The position numbers were made by a program, and so were the translations under genes. DNA of 64,000 nucleotides from Microthyrium microscopicum (taxonomy: Eukaryota). The stretch's first letter is position 1. The number at the start of each line of letters is the position of its first letter. Below are positions 1-11,901 of the stretch, one piece after another. The DNA lies in assembly GCA_010405405.1 (NCBI GenBank), contig MU004241.1, positions 186,001 to 250,000 on the forward strand, given 5' to 3'. The notes beneath the pieces were generated by a model that worked only from the letters and a program-made list of their open reading frames with translations, was not told the DNA's origin and did no database searches.

Positions 1-2214
1 CAATATTGCACCGAAACTGGTTGCAAAAGCTTTATTACGTCGGTATCTTAGTGGACTTCATATTGTATCCTCTCCGCGTTCTTTCATTCTCTTCAAGACT
101 TTTCGTTCCAACATGAACATTTGATTCAGCGCTCTTTGACTCTAGCCGACATCCGGCCCAGACACCTTTCAGACTTGAATAGATTGATAGGCTGAAGCCA
201 CATTGGAAGATGAACGGCATAGCGGCACAGCCATATTGTATGTATCGTTTCCATGTCTTGTTTCTGGGCCCAGTCCCGGAGTCTTATTTCCCCAGATCTA
301 CCCCAGGAACTTCAACACCCCACAAGCACTAGTTCGCCTAGTGAATAGATCAAGGATGCATGGGATAAGGACTCAGCGCGCTATCACCCACGGCATAAAG
401 TAGTCTGCATCGACCAGCTTGTATATCTTACCTTGGAGTGTTTTTGTCAGCTAATCTCACACAGCTTCACCCTTTGACAATGACAACTACCAAAAACGAA
501 ACCGCCCACTATTACTTCCTATTCGTCTACCCAGCGACTTGTAATGTCGCTATGTCGTGTCATCTGGAGACAAAGACCTCATAGGCCTTGTCATCTCAGT
601 GTAAAATCTTGAGCAGCACAGAATCCTAAGTCGATCTAGCTATAGCGGCCCCAACAATCACTATATCAGCCTCATGGTGGTTCGTGCGAAGCTTTCCCCA
701 ACTGTCTGATTTAATGGCGTGGTGGATTCTGGATGTTTCTTCCTAGGCTATGTTGATGCTTTTCTCTTTATGCTTGCACATGAGTCCACTGGCGATCAAA
801 TTTAGCCAACCAAACACGAAGCTGTCCAGACAAAATTTCCTGCTGCTGGTTGTAACAGGAAATACTGAGATGTGATTTCATAGGATCAAGCAACACAATC
901 ATGAATCTTCTATGAGAGCAGAAGAATTTTGTAGTTCGATTGGTGTCTTTTTGTTTCTTGAGGGAAGTGATGAATTTGAAGACGAAGAGGCCGACGAAGT
1001 ACAGGTGGATGAGCCTCCACGCATGCTATGAGATGTCTTTGGCTCGATTTGCATGCCATTGACTCGACTTCTCGACAGGCTTTGATTATCTGTGAGAGTT
1101 AGCGGTCATATATGCTGCTCACGGCATGGTAGTCGCTTACTAGAGTTGGATTCCTTTGTATTTCTTAGAAGTTTGGAGATTAGGGCAGCAATATCAAACT
1201 GTGATCTATGGTGTGGTGGCCCGATATGGTGTCCAGGTTTCATGGTAAGAATGATGTATAACCATTACTATGATAGCTGATTTTGAAACTTTGTACTGGG
1301 CTCTGTATATTAATCAAGAATACAGTTTGAGCAAAACCAGACAATTTGGAAAGATATTGACACGGAAACTAACTTGATGTGATGAATAGCCACAAGGTAC
1401 CCCGTAATTATATATACTTCATTCCATCCCACTGTACCTACGAAAGGCGATAACTCAGGCAAGGCAATGTCTTGAAAGCGCTGCTCGTCGTTCCCGTCGC
1501 TCGCTCACGTCGACACGTAAACATCATGATATTACCCCTTCAGAGTATAGAGGTGAACAGGGATAGGATGGTTTGAGCAAAATGGTGCAAAGCCGTGATC
1601 ATTACTGGACCAGACTATACTTACCTGTGGCATACCCACGGACTCGGCAGAGAAGAGCATAATTCCAGTCGTTCCTCGCAAATCTCAGCCCCAGAGGCAG
1701 AGAAATTTTCAAGAAGATCCAGATCAAGTAGTATCTGCGCACTTCAGGTTGGTAGAAGTGATAGGACAGAGCGGCATGCAGCGCCGACGACTCAAAATAA
1801 GACAGCTAGATCCGAACTCGTGCTTTGATATATGCATTTCCCTGTTCGTCGTTTGTGTCGCATGCACGTTGATGAACCCTGCATGTTAAGTTGTTACATT
1901 TGTTATGGGGAACTATAATCTGGTTTTTTCTGTTCTCTTAAGTATCCGAGGATGCTGTTCCATTATGCTGTTCCACCATGATAAACACAGAATCAGAATC
2001 GATGTCTTTGCTCCTTCTCCATCGGCCCATTAGCTTCTCTGGCTTATACCTGTATAGAATACCTCTATGTAAGCAAAATAAACTTCTACTGTGATAATTT
2101 GAGTGTTTAACTTTCCCTGTTGCACATCATACATCCCGATGAACGGAAGCCAGTCGCAGGCAAGCCACGTCCCATCTCCCACGTTCGTATAGGAGAGCGA
2201 TCAGAAACGTGCAT

Positions 2215-2294
2215 GGGAACGAGGGGTGCGACGAGGCTGGATGGGAACGAGGGGTGCGACGAGGCTACACGGGAACGAGGGGTGCGACGAGGCT
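2215..2294. repeat. 3 x 28-bp tandem repeat (identical 24-bp core GGGAACGAGGGGTGCGACGAGGCT)
   Basis: Identical cores at 2215-2238, 2243-2266 and 2271-2294 with 4-bp variable spacers; about 360 bp upstream of the Zn2Cys6 ATG. Confidence 0.95.
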
Positions 2295-2649
2295 GAACAA
2301 GAAGTGGGGTTGCGGATCTGACCGCCTGGATTGTGTAGAGGCGAATTAAATGGCGATGATTGGATGTCTCGCCCACTCCTTGATCTCACACGGCGAGTGG
2401 GAAGCAAACTAGACGTCGGGTTCGTCTAGAGCTCTAGAAACCAAAGCAGTACTTTGGGCCATCTGTTGCATTTTCAGTGAGCAACTTCTAGCACAGCCTG
2501 GTGACCATATAAGAGATACTTAGGCTGCGCTCATGCACTATGATACGCAGAGCAGACTGCAACTGGGTTATACACCACATCCTATGCGTCTAGTAATCTC
2601 TTCCCCGAGAATCACTTAACTTCTACTACCAGTGGTCTATCTCACTACA

Positions 2650-4650
2650 ATGCCTCGCCAATATCACACAAAGAGTCGTCTAGGGTGTCTCACATGCAAG
2701 CGCCGCAAGGTGAGATGTGATCAAACGGTATGTGATTTTAATCATATCACCATGCCATGACAAGGAACGCTTACAAGAAACGTAGCAACCAATCTGCAAC
2801 CATTGTACTCGGCTTGGGAAAGAGTGCGTTTATACTGCTAGAGCCTCATCGTCCACAGAACCTGCAGAGAGTAGAAGTACTATCCCCCAGTCGGGTAACT
2901 CAGAAGCTACTCGACTAGATACCGACGAGAATATATCAGACCATGTAAGAGTCCCTTGTTCGACAACATAGCACCAACACAGTGAGTAGTTGACGAGGAA
3001 GGCAACGTCAAACGTGCCCATTTCATGCTATCGCATAGGACAGAGTTGGAGACAAAAGAAAATGCGAATGGATATAGGAGCTTCAATCTTTTCACGTGCC
3101 ATGGTTTGCTGATATTCAATGAGGTCTAATGGCTAGCTGATCAAAAGAACATTCGCTGCGATCTAGGCATATGGAGGCTGACAGACTCACAGGAAGCCTA
3201 TAATCTGGAGCTCATGCATCAATGGATTACGGTAACAAGCATCTCCTTGACCAGTAACGAGACATTACGCCGAGTCTGGCGTGAAGAATTTCCAAAGCTT
3301 GCTTTCAGTTCAGATCAGAATAGATACCTACTGCACGGCATGTTGGCGCTGGCTGCCCTACACAAAGCTCGAACTTCATCGGAAGACAATGTCAATGGTA
3401 AGCTCTTTCCTCGACCGTTTTTGCGTTGATAAATATAGATCCCATCGCTTACTGGGTCTCTCAGCGTATTTCTTGATCTTCAGGGCGACAGAAGTCAGGA
3501 TTATTGCTAACAAATATAGACTACATCCTGCGAGCAAGAAGGCATCATTTGCAAGCTTCGGAATTATTTAGAAGCGCTCTTCAAGACATCAATGAAGACA
3601 ATTGTCACGCCATTTTCGGGTTTGCGACTTTAAGTGTGCAGTTATCATTCGGCCTGATTTCGCGAGAATGCAAAGCAAACTCGAATCGCGAGGATGCCCA
3701 ACAGTTAATCCTCCAGATGAATGATATATTTCACATAGCTAGCGGGTAAGTTCAAGTCTTCTTTCTATAACCCGAAGGATACCTATCTATACATCAGTTA
3801 TCGCCATAGAGCCTGCAAATAGCATGATGTCGAATTCGCACAGTTTCTGACTTTTGCCTGTTGAGATGTGCGACTGAGTTGGTTTTGACCGACTCAATTA
3901 TTACATCGTCATCAGACCTAATTTGTCCTTGTTTTTCAGGATCTATCACATTGTTGGTATCGCTAGCCAGTGGCTACAGGAAGGCCCTCTAGCACTATTG
4001 CTCGAAATAGCGCCAAATCCGAACTCCCACCTACCACGAATGTACGACGAAACATCCGACGCCCTGTTTGCTGCTATCGCGAGAGCTGAAGTAGATGGAG
4101 ATGCCTTTGGCACTTCCGCCGAAGAAAAGGTGAGCAGTGTGGGTCCGATGTGTGTATTATGGATCTGATCTGTTCCAGGTTGTGTGTTATGAGAGTTTAC
4201 GCACGCTCATAGCGCTGAGCAAGTCTCTTTACATGCCCAGTGATGGACGAGATGAGCATATAGTTTATTGGCCTGGCTTGGTGTCCTCTTCTTTCGCAAA
4301 CCTCATCGCGCGAGGATGCCCTATGGCGCTTTTGATATTGAGTTTGTATGCAAACGCAATAACTCGATGCAAACAACATTGGTGGTATGTTCCCACATTG
4401 ATGATTTTCGAGCTTTCTGTTTGGGGGTTTTTTGTATCCTTCGAGAATATCACTTTAAGCTGATGCTGATCAAAATGTAATAACTTCTTATAGGATCCAA
4501 GATGTTGGACGAAAACTTCGCATTGCAACGCGCATCTTGGTCGACACTGACCGCCAAGTACAATTTGGTGCTATTCTATTGACTTACAGTGATTATCTTA
4601 CTAATCTACAGCTGACGTGCAACGACTACAACGCAGCAAAGTTCTAAACT
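2650..4650 (+). CDS. Zn(II)2Cys6 transcription factor, Upc2-like C-terminal domain (multi-exon; 3' end approximate)
   Basis: ATG 2650 gives MPRQYHTKSRLGCLTCKRRKVRCDQT, intron 2728-2785, then QPICNHCTRLGKECVY (complete Cys6 cluster). Later exons give LELMHQWIT, YLLHGMLALAALHKA, DINEDNCHAIFGFA, WLQEGPLALLL, YWPGLVSSSF, PMALLILSLYA, HWW, typical of the Upc2-like fungal TF family. Confidence 0.8.
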
Positions 4651-4666
4651 GAGCTCTCAAGATCCC

Positions 4667-5305
4667 ATGCGGAGTGATCCTGCACTCCAGCTTCCTCCAG
4701 CAAGTTCCCAACAGAATCCAGTTTGGCCAACTCAACTGCAGGATAGACAAACTCCAGAGACTTCAGTCCAATTGAAAGCATCGTCAACAGGGTACCATAA
4801 ATATGGTCCAGTTTTACCTCCGATCACTGGCCTGATACATGATGGAAGGAAAGAAACTCAGCCCAGTGTAATTGATCAAGTTCACGGGCATATGAGCGAT
4901 CTCCCCCAACAATTGCGAGAAACTGGACCTTTTCGGACGCCAGATTTTTCAGCAAATCTCAATTCAATTGCATCGGCTCGTTCCAAAGCCTCACAAAGAC
5001 CGGCACAGACAACCGCACAGCCATTTGTCTTATTTGACAAGCCCCCGACTTCCCAACCAGAGTCAAGGCCTATCACCTTCCCCAGCGATGATAGCCTGCA
5101 AGTTTCAGGATGCTCCTGCCCATTGTGTAGTTGCAAAGGAAAGCTCTTCGACACGCCAATAAAATTACGGCACCACAGACGATTTGCCCACAGAACGTCG
5201 AGTACTGTGGATAAGAGGCCAAGATTGGGACTGACGCCCGAGAAAGCGGTTTCAGGTGCTAATAACCAAGAAGCTACGGATGATTGTGGAATGGAAATGG
5301 GATGA
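4667..5305 (+). CDS. Hypothetical 212-aa protein with a possible single C2H2 zinc finger
   Basis: Open ORF containing CPLCSCKGKLFDTPIKLRHHRRFAH; otherwise low complexity. I found no in-frame splice link to the upstream TF. Confidence 0.3.
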   Translation: MRSDPALQLPPASSQQNPVWPTQLQDRQTPETSVQLKASSTGYHKYGPVLPPITGLIHDGRKETQPSVIDQVHGHMSDLPQQLRETGPFRTPDFSANLNSIASARSKASQRPAQTTAQPFVLFDKPPTSQPESRPITFPSDDSLQVSGCSCPLCSCKGKLFDTPIKLRHHRRFAHRTSSTVDKRPRLGLTPEKAVSGANNQEATDDCGMEMG

Positions 5306-5928
5306 ATACGGTGTGTGTATGCGTGGAAGATACAATCAACAGCTTAGTCTCTAGGAGCCAAAGTCCAATGCGAAATTTCCAATGAATATCTGCAATCAAA
5401 TCCAGGCCTAGATCTGTAAAACAATCTTTATGTCTTCTCCATCCTATACCTGTATTTCAATCCGATAATAGCTCATGATTCGCACGCCTTAGCAATCCCT
5501 CGAGGCAGATACCGCCCAGAATAACAACACACTCATCTCAAGCACACTTAAGCCTACCGTAGCATTATCGACAAGGCAGTCAGGTGAGCAAACAAACCTG
5601 CGTACACCCGCAGACGGATGTACCTTACCGCCCCGGATTCGCACAACGAGGACAGACCAAATACTCAAACTACGGGTGAACAAATAGATGACCCGTAGAT
5701 TGGGCAAGCGGCTAACCTACCGTTTCTGTGCCACTCCAAGTCTCACTAATAGGATGCGTATTCGCAGATAAACAAAATCTGCCTCGTAGAAATGTTCAGC
5801 CTTGCCAAGAGATCTTGACAAGTAGATGGTTTAGCGCAGTGGAGTTTCCATACCAAACGCTTTTCAGCGCGAACACCCGACAGCAGCTGTTTGCAATGGA
5901 TATGTCTGGACCTGGTGGATATAGAGAG

Positions 5929-5951
5929 CAAGGTTGCTAAACTAATTAGTA
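5929..5951 (+). repeat. Left TIR CAAGGTTGCTAAACTAATTAGTA
   Basis: Exact reverse complement of 13499-13521; followed by a dense ACTAGT subterminal array up to the gap at 6113. Confidence 0.95.
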
Positions 5952-6112
5952 GCAAAACTAGTCTAGTCTAGTAAACTAGTCGCGTGACTAGTATAGTATT
6001 ATACTATACTAGTCATGTGACTAGTATAGTATAGTACTAGTTTAGAAAAATTTAATAACTAGTTAGTACTAGTATAAAATATTAAACTAGTTAACTAGTA
6101 TAGTATAATAGT

Positions 6113-6717
6113 NNNNNNNNNNNNNNNNNNNNNNNNNNNNNNNNNNNNNNNNNNNNNNNNNNNNNNNNNNNNNNNNNNNNNNNNNNNNNNNNNNNNNNNN
6201 NNNNNNNNNNNNNNNNNNNNNNNNNNNNNNNNNNNNNNNNNNNNNNNNNNNNNNNNNNNNNNNNNNNNNNNNNNNNNNNNNNNNNNNNNNNNNNNNNNNN
6301 NNNNNNNNNNNNNNNNNNNNNNNNNNNNNNNNNNNNNNNNNNNNNNNNNNNNNNNNNNNNNNNNNNNNNNNNNNNNNNNNNNNNNNNNNNNNNNNNNNNN
6401 NNNNNNNNNNNNNNNNNNNNNNNNNNNNNNNNNNNNNNNNNNNNNNNNNNNNNNNNNNNNNNNNNNNNNNNNNNNNNNNNNNNNNNNNNNNNNNNNNNNN
6501 NNNNNNNNNNNNNNNNNNNNNNNNNNNNNNNNNNNNNNNNNNNNNNNNNNNNNNNNNNNNNNNNNNNNNNNNNNNNNNNNNNNNNNNNNNNNNNNNNNNN
6601 NNNNNNNNNNNNNNNNNNNNNNNNNNNNNNNNNNNNNNNNNNNNNNNNNNNNNNNNNNNNNNNNNNNNNNNNNNNNNNNNNNNNNNNNNNNNNNNNNNNN
6701 NNNNNNNNNNNNNNNNN
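6113..6717. other. Assembly gap (N run)
   Basis: 605 consecutive n characters inside the left subterminal region of the hAT element. Confidence 1.
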
Positions 6718-7270
6718 TTGTATTTAGTTTCTATAATATAAAATAATATATAGAAAACTACTTTATAAAATATAATATTATCTAGTAGGAGATAAGATAT
6801 ATAATAGGTATTACTATAATACTACTTACTAGGAAATACTCTAGAGATTCTTATTATATAAATATATTAATATTATATAATCTACTAATAATATTTTAAT
6901 AAAAATATAAAGTAATAAATATATAATAAATAAATTTAATATCTTTTATTATAACTATAATAGAAAAGTAGTCTTTATAGTTTTTTATAAGATTTATATA
7001 TCGTTATAACGCTTAAGAGTAGCTCTATAACCTTATAGAAGTTTAAAGTCTTATTTATATCTAATTTCTATATAATAAAATAATATATAAAAAAGTTACT
7101 TTTATAAATATATTAAGATCTAGAAGGAGATAAGATATATATTATATATCGTTATAATGAGAAAAAATTACTCTATTTTATAGGCAAAAAAATGATTAAT
7201 TACATAAGCATTAGAATTCTAAAAACAAACTACGGAAAGAAAATAACTAAAATTTCAACTAAGACATAAA

Positions 7271-8179
7271 CTAATTATCTTCTGAAGCTATATCTAGCTC
7301 TTCATCCTCAACATAAGTTAAATTAGAGGAATTACTAGGAGTAGGGCTAGAAGCAGCCAAATCTAGCGCTTTAAGCTCTTTTATTTTCTATATTAAATTA
7401 GTATATAAAAGTAATATTATTAATAAAAACTAACCTTCTAAAAGCCTCGTTTGAGCTCTTTCTCTGCTCGTCGTTCTTCCTTAATCTTCTTATAAGTTTC
7501 TAGTAGCTGTTAGTATCTAATTCGACGTGACTTAGCAGAAGCTTCTTATAATTCAATAAGGTGTTTTAGGTTAGATTTATAAGTTTTTTAAACCTAATCT
7601 TTACTACTATAAAAGGTTAGTATAAGTTAGAAATAAAAGAATGAATATAACTTACCTAGAAGCTATTTTGCTAGTTTTAAAAGCAGTTTCAGTCCAATCT
7701 GCTTATAATCCTTTCTAATTAATTACTAGATTTAGTGAAGTTAATAATTTGGTTTTATATCTACGTAATGACCAAATAGCAATAGGCCTATATATAATAG
7801 GAATAGTAGTTTCCTTGCTATTATATAAAAACACAGCTTTATAGTCTACTTCCTTAATTTCTAAGACGAAGTAAACTATAAAAGATTTAACGTTTCTACC
7901 TTCTAAAAGGGGTAAGAAATTAAGATATACACGTTGAAGATTATATTCTTAACGGATATAAACCAAATACCTAAATTCCTATCTTCTAGCCTATTCTTGC
8001 TTTAAAATAAACAAGTTATATTATAATTTATTATTCGAAAGAAGGGCGTTTCCATAGCTAAGAAATTCATTTATAAAACGTTATAGTTTAACTCATGGAT
8101 CGTATTGAGGGCAAGGGTTAGTTTGAGGCACTATATATTATATTAGTATAATATAATAAGAACAAGGTTATAACTTACT
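7271..8179 (-). pseudogene. RIP-mutated spliced second (cargo) gene of the hAT element, ~254 aa, unknown function
   Basis: Minus-strand GT..CTAAY..TAG introns at 8131-8178, 7607-7655 and 7388-7434 keep one frame from an intron-split ATG (A 8179 + TG 8130-8129, context GCCAAAATGCCT) to TAG 7271-7273. Internal stops fit CAA>TAA, TGG/CAG>TAG and CGA>TGA transitions. Further intron-like segments at 8208-8260 and ~8371-8428 are probably 5' UTR. Confidence 0.75.
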
Positions 8180-8582
8180 TTTGGCTAAAAGAACAAGAGA
8201 AGTATAACTAAAATAAAAAGTTAGAAAAAAAATAAAGTTTAAAAATAAAAGATAACTTACCTAAAAAGGCTAGATAAGACTAGGCAAAGAGACTATTAAA
8301 TAGAGAAAAATTTAGCGAGTTAAATAATATAGAATACTAGTACTAACTAGTAGTAGCCTAGTGTTAGAGACTAGAAAGAAGAAAGTTAAAAAAAAAAAAA
8401 AAAAAAAAAAAAAGGTAATAATACTTACTATAGAAAGTAGAGAAGTATTAAATAAAAAGATAAAAGAGGCTAAGTCTAGAAGGTATAAAGAGCACTAGTA
8501 CACAATAGTACTAAAATGTAAAGTAGTAGTAATAGGTAGAAAGTGTAGTAATTGTTTAAAATTCAAAGATTATTAAGGGAAA

Positions 8583-8888
8583 CTTAATATACTTATATTC
8601 TTTTAATACAAGATTTATGCGCTAAAGATACTATTGTAACCGCCGTGATTTAGGCTTTAAAACGCATATCGTTTCAACTAGTTTAGACGCGTAATATGAA
8701 AGTTATTAATAGAAATAGATAGGGCGCGTAAATATTTCACTAAGCGCCCTATCTAGTTCTATTAATAACTTTCACATTACGCGCCCAAACTAGTTAAAAC
8801 GATATACGTTTTAAAGCCTAAATTATGGCGGTTACAACAGTATCTTTAGCGCGTAGATTCTATATTAAAAGAACATAAGTATATTGGG
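8583..8888. repeat. Long inverted repeat (~145-bp arms, 16-nt spacer)
   Basis: 8583-8727 pairs with 8744-8888 (for example AAAGTTATTAATAGAAATAGATAGGGCGC / GCGCCCTATCTAGTTCTATTAATAACTTT); mismatches are mostly transitions. Confidence 0.95.
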
Positions 8889-9576
8889 TAAACCTATTAG
8901 AATTCTTACTTATCTTAGATCTTAATTAATTACTTTGCTTACACTACTTTAAATTGCACTATTACCTACTTATAGCTTACCTATATCCCCCCTTGTTATT
9001 AAAATTCACTATATATATTTTAATCTATTGCCAAAAATCACTTTTATTTTTTTACTTTTTTAAATATTTTATTATATATAGACCTTTGTCACACAATATA
9101 ATACTATATTCTTCTCTTTAAAGAATTAGCTTTTATAGTCCATAGCTTTTATTACTTTTGCTCTGGTTAGCATTAGTTTATTTAGCTTTTAGAAATAATT
9201 AGACTTTAAGTTTAGATTTTATACTTTTAAATTTCTAAGCTTTTAAACTAGTTACTATAACATTAGTTATTATTCTAGGCTCTTCTTATTAAATACAGAA
9301 TAGCTTAGTTATTTTACTTCTATTACTATATTCTTCTTTAGCTCTATAGTTTATAAATCGTTTAAAAAAATAGAAAAATCTTTATTTATTAAAAAACATT
9401 AATTATTTATTATATCTCTATTCTTTATCTTATTTAAGACTTAAAAATTAAGTTCTAGAATTTAGATAGTATACTCTATATAACTCTTAAGTTAGTCTTA
9501 CTTATTCTAGTTTTTTTTCTATTATATTAAAGACTTTATATTTATTTAAATAGTTTATATAATAGCTAACCATAAT

Positions 9577-11901
9577 ATGCTAAATTCTAGCTTTAATGAT
9601 AGCCAGATATCTAATACTGAGTCTATTAGGCCTCAGGATAGTGTATCTAATATTTCTACTACTGCTTCTCTTAGTTAGCAAAAGTATAATAAACCATACT
9701 TTAGGCTAGACGATAATAATTCTAATGCTTATTCAATTATAAAGGGGCTTATTAAAAGGGAATTACTTCCTATTAATATTACTAAGCCTAGACAGGTTAA
9801 AATTATATGTACTCTTTATTCTTATAGTTAGATAAGGGATCTAGAAGGTTTCCAAACCTCTAATTTTGTAGCACATTATAGAGCTAAACATAAAACTATT
9901 GCTACTAAAGAAGAGCAAGAAATTAATAAAGAAACTGTAAGAGAATACTAAGCTAGAATTAAAGCTAATAGTAATAATCCTAGTAATTCTTTTACTATAT
10001 CTATAGTTAGTAATAAACAAGCTAGAGCTAATACTAGATTAGATTTTAATTTAGATACTGCTTTACATTTAATAGTTAAATTTATAGTTAAAAATAACTT
10101 ATCTTTTAACTTATGTAGCTCTAATTCTTTTAAAGAACTCCTAAAGTATTATAATCGTTATAGTCCTTAAATTAATCGTAATAAGCTTCAAGATCTTCTT
10201 TATTCTAATTATAATAAAGCAAAAGATAAGCTAAAACGTGAATTAAAGGCAATAGTTTCTAGAAATAATTATTTTGCTATAGCTTTAGACGTATAGACAT
10301 CTAATAGTAATCAGCATGCCTTTTTAGGTATAATAATTATATATGCTAATAGCAACGTTAAGTTACAGTATAGATTACTAGGATTTGAAAGATTAACTAC
10401 TAATCACACTAGAAAATATCTTTATAGTATATTTAAAAGTATTATTAAGTCTTTTGACTTAGATATTAGTTATTTTATTAGTTTTTTACAAGATAATGCT
10501 AGTAATAACGATATATTAATTACTCAGCTAAGAACTAAAAAGAATCTAATAGGTTCTACTAAGGATTTCTATAATATTCGTTATACTGCACATATTATTA
10601 ATTTAGTTGCTAAAGCTATTATTAGACACTTTGTAGCTAATTATAATAAGGAAATTAAGACCACTAGAACTAGAGCTAGTCTTATTAGTCAATATACTAC
10701 TTCTGCTTAATTAGATGCTATTTTAGATACTATAGCTTCTAAGAGTCTAATAGGTAGACTTAAAAAGGTAGTTCACGCTATTAAATTCAAGTAAGAACAT
10801 TAAAAGAACTTTAAATTATCTAGAAAGTTATATCTTAAAAGAGGAATACTAGACAAAGATATTAAAATAACTAAAATACCTATAGATAATAATACTAGAT
10901 AGAATTCTACGTATTATACTCTAAATTATCTTTTTAAACTTAAACCTTGTGTTAAATACATCTTTACTAATACTAAAGATAAAAAGTTTAAGAAGTTTAT
11001 ATTTAATGAAGCTAATTAGCTAGCATTAAAGCATTTAAAAAATATTCTAGGCTATTTTGAAACGCCTACCGTTATTTTACAAGGGCAGATTTATACTATA
11101 GTTAATCAAACGCTTTTACATATTTATTAATTATTTAGAAATTTAGAAGATCAAATGCTTGAATTTTCTATATCTCTTAATTCTATTATATTAGAAGATT
11201 ATCCTAAGCGTAAATACTTTATTAATGCTATTAAGAAAGGCCTTAATAAGCTAGAAGAATACTATCCTCGTAAAATTATAAATTAAGAAGTAGTAGAAAA
11301 TCTAAAGCCTTTTATTATAGCTTTAATTTTAGATCCTAGATATAAAACAATACACTTTACAAATAATCCTCGTAGCTTATTATTTCACTATCCTCAGATT
11401 TTAACAGACGTTACTAATTTATTTAAAGAAGAGTATAATTTAGCTAAAATAAAACTAAATCCTACTTCTTTAAATCAAGAAAGTAGTAATTTAGATCCTA
11501 TTTTAGACAATAATGAAAACACGTTTTTTATTCCTATTACTAACAATAATACTACTACTACTAAAGAAGAGTATATTCATTATTTAGAACAAGAACGTAC
11601 GCATCCTAAAAAACATCCTTTAGATTACTAGGTTAAAAACCAAAATCAATTTCCTATTCTATTTCATTTAGCTAAAAAATACTTAATAATACCTAGCACT
11701 TCTGCTAGTACTAAAAGTATATTTAGTATTAGAGCAGATATTATTTCAAATAATAGAAATAAACTACTAGCAGAGACTAGTAAAAGGATTATTTAGCTTA
11801 AAAACTAGAAATTAGCAGATATTAATAAGTTTAAAAAATCATTATTATATAAATCTAGAGATGAGGATAGTAGTGAAAGTAAGGTAGAGAGTAATTATTA
11901 A
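9577..11901 (+). pseudogene. hAT transposase, RIP-inactivated (~774 codons)
   Basis: One frame from ATG 9577 to TAA 11899-11901: SIRPQDSVS, BED-finger relic C-TL-(Y)...TSNFVAHYRAKH, IALDV*TS, DNASNN, R(Y)TAHIINLVA, NTR*NSTY, LDPRYK and dimerisation domain LDY*VKNQNQFPILFHLAKKYL-IPSTSAST(K)SIFS. Conserved W codons are now TAG, C is TAT and the catalytic E is AAA. Confidence 0.95.

Noticed and set aside
1..2100. Small ORFs and an acidic stretch near 975-1030
   Set aside because: No recognisable domain or gene model.
2215..2294. CRISPR-like repeat/spacer array
   Set aside because: Spacers are only 4 bp, the context is eukaryotic, and no cas genes are present.
8575..8895. piggyBac-type ends (CCC...GGG) for the palindrome
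   Set aside because: Flanks are GAAA and TAAA, not TTAA on both sides.
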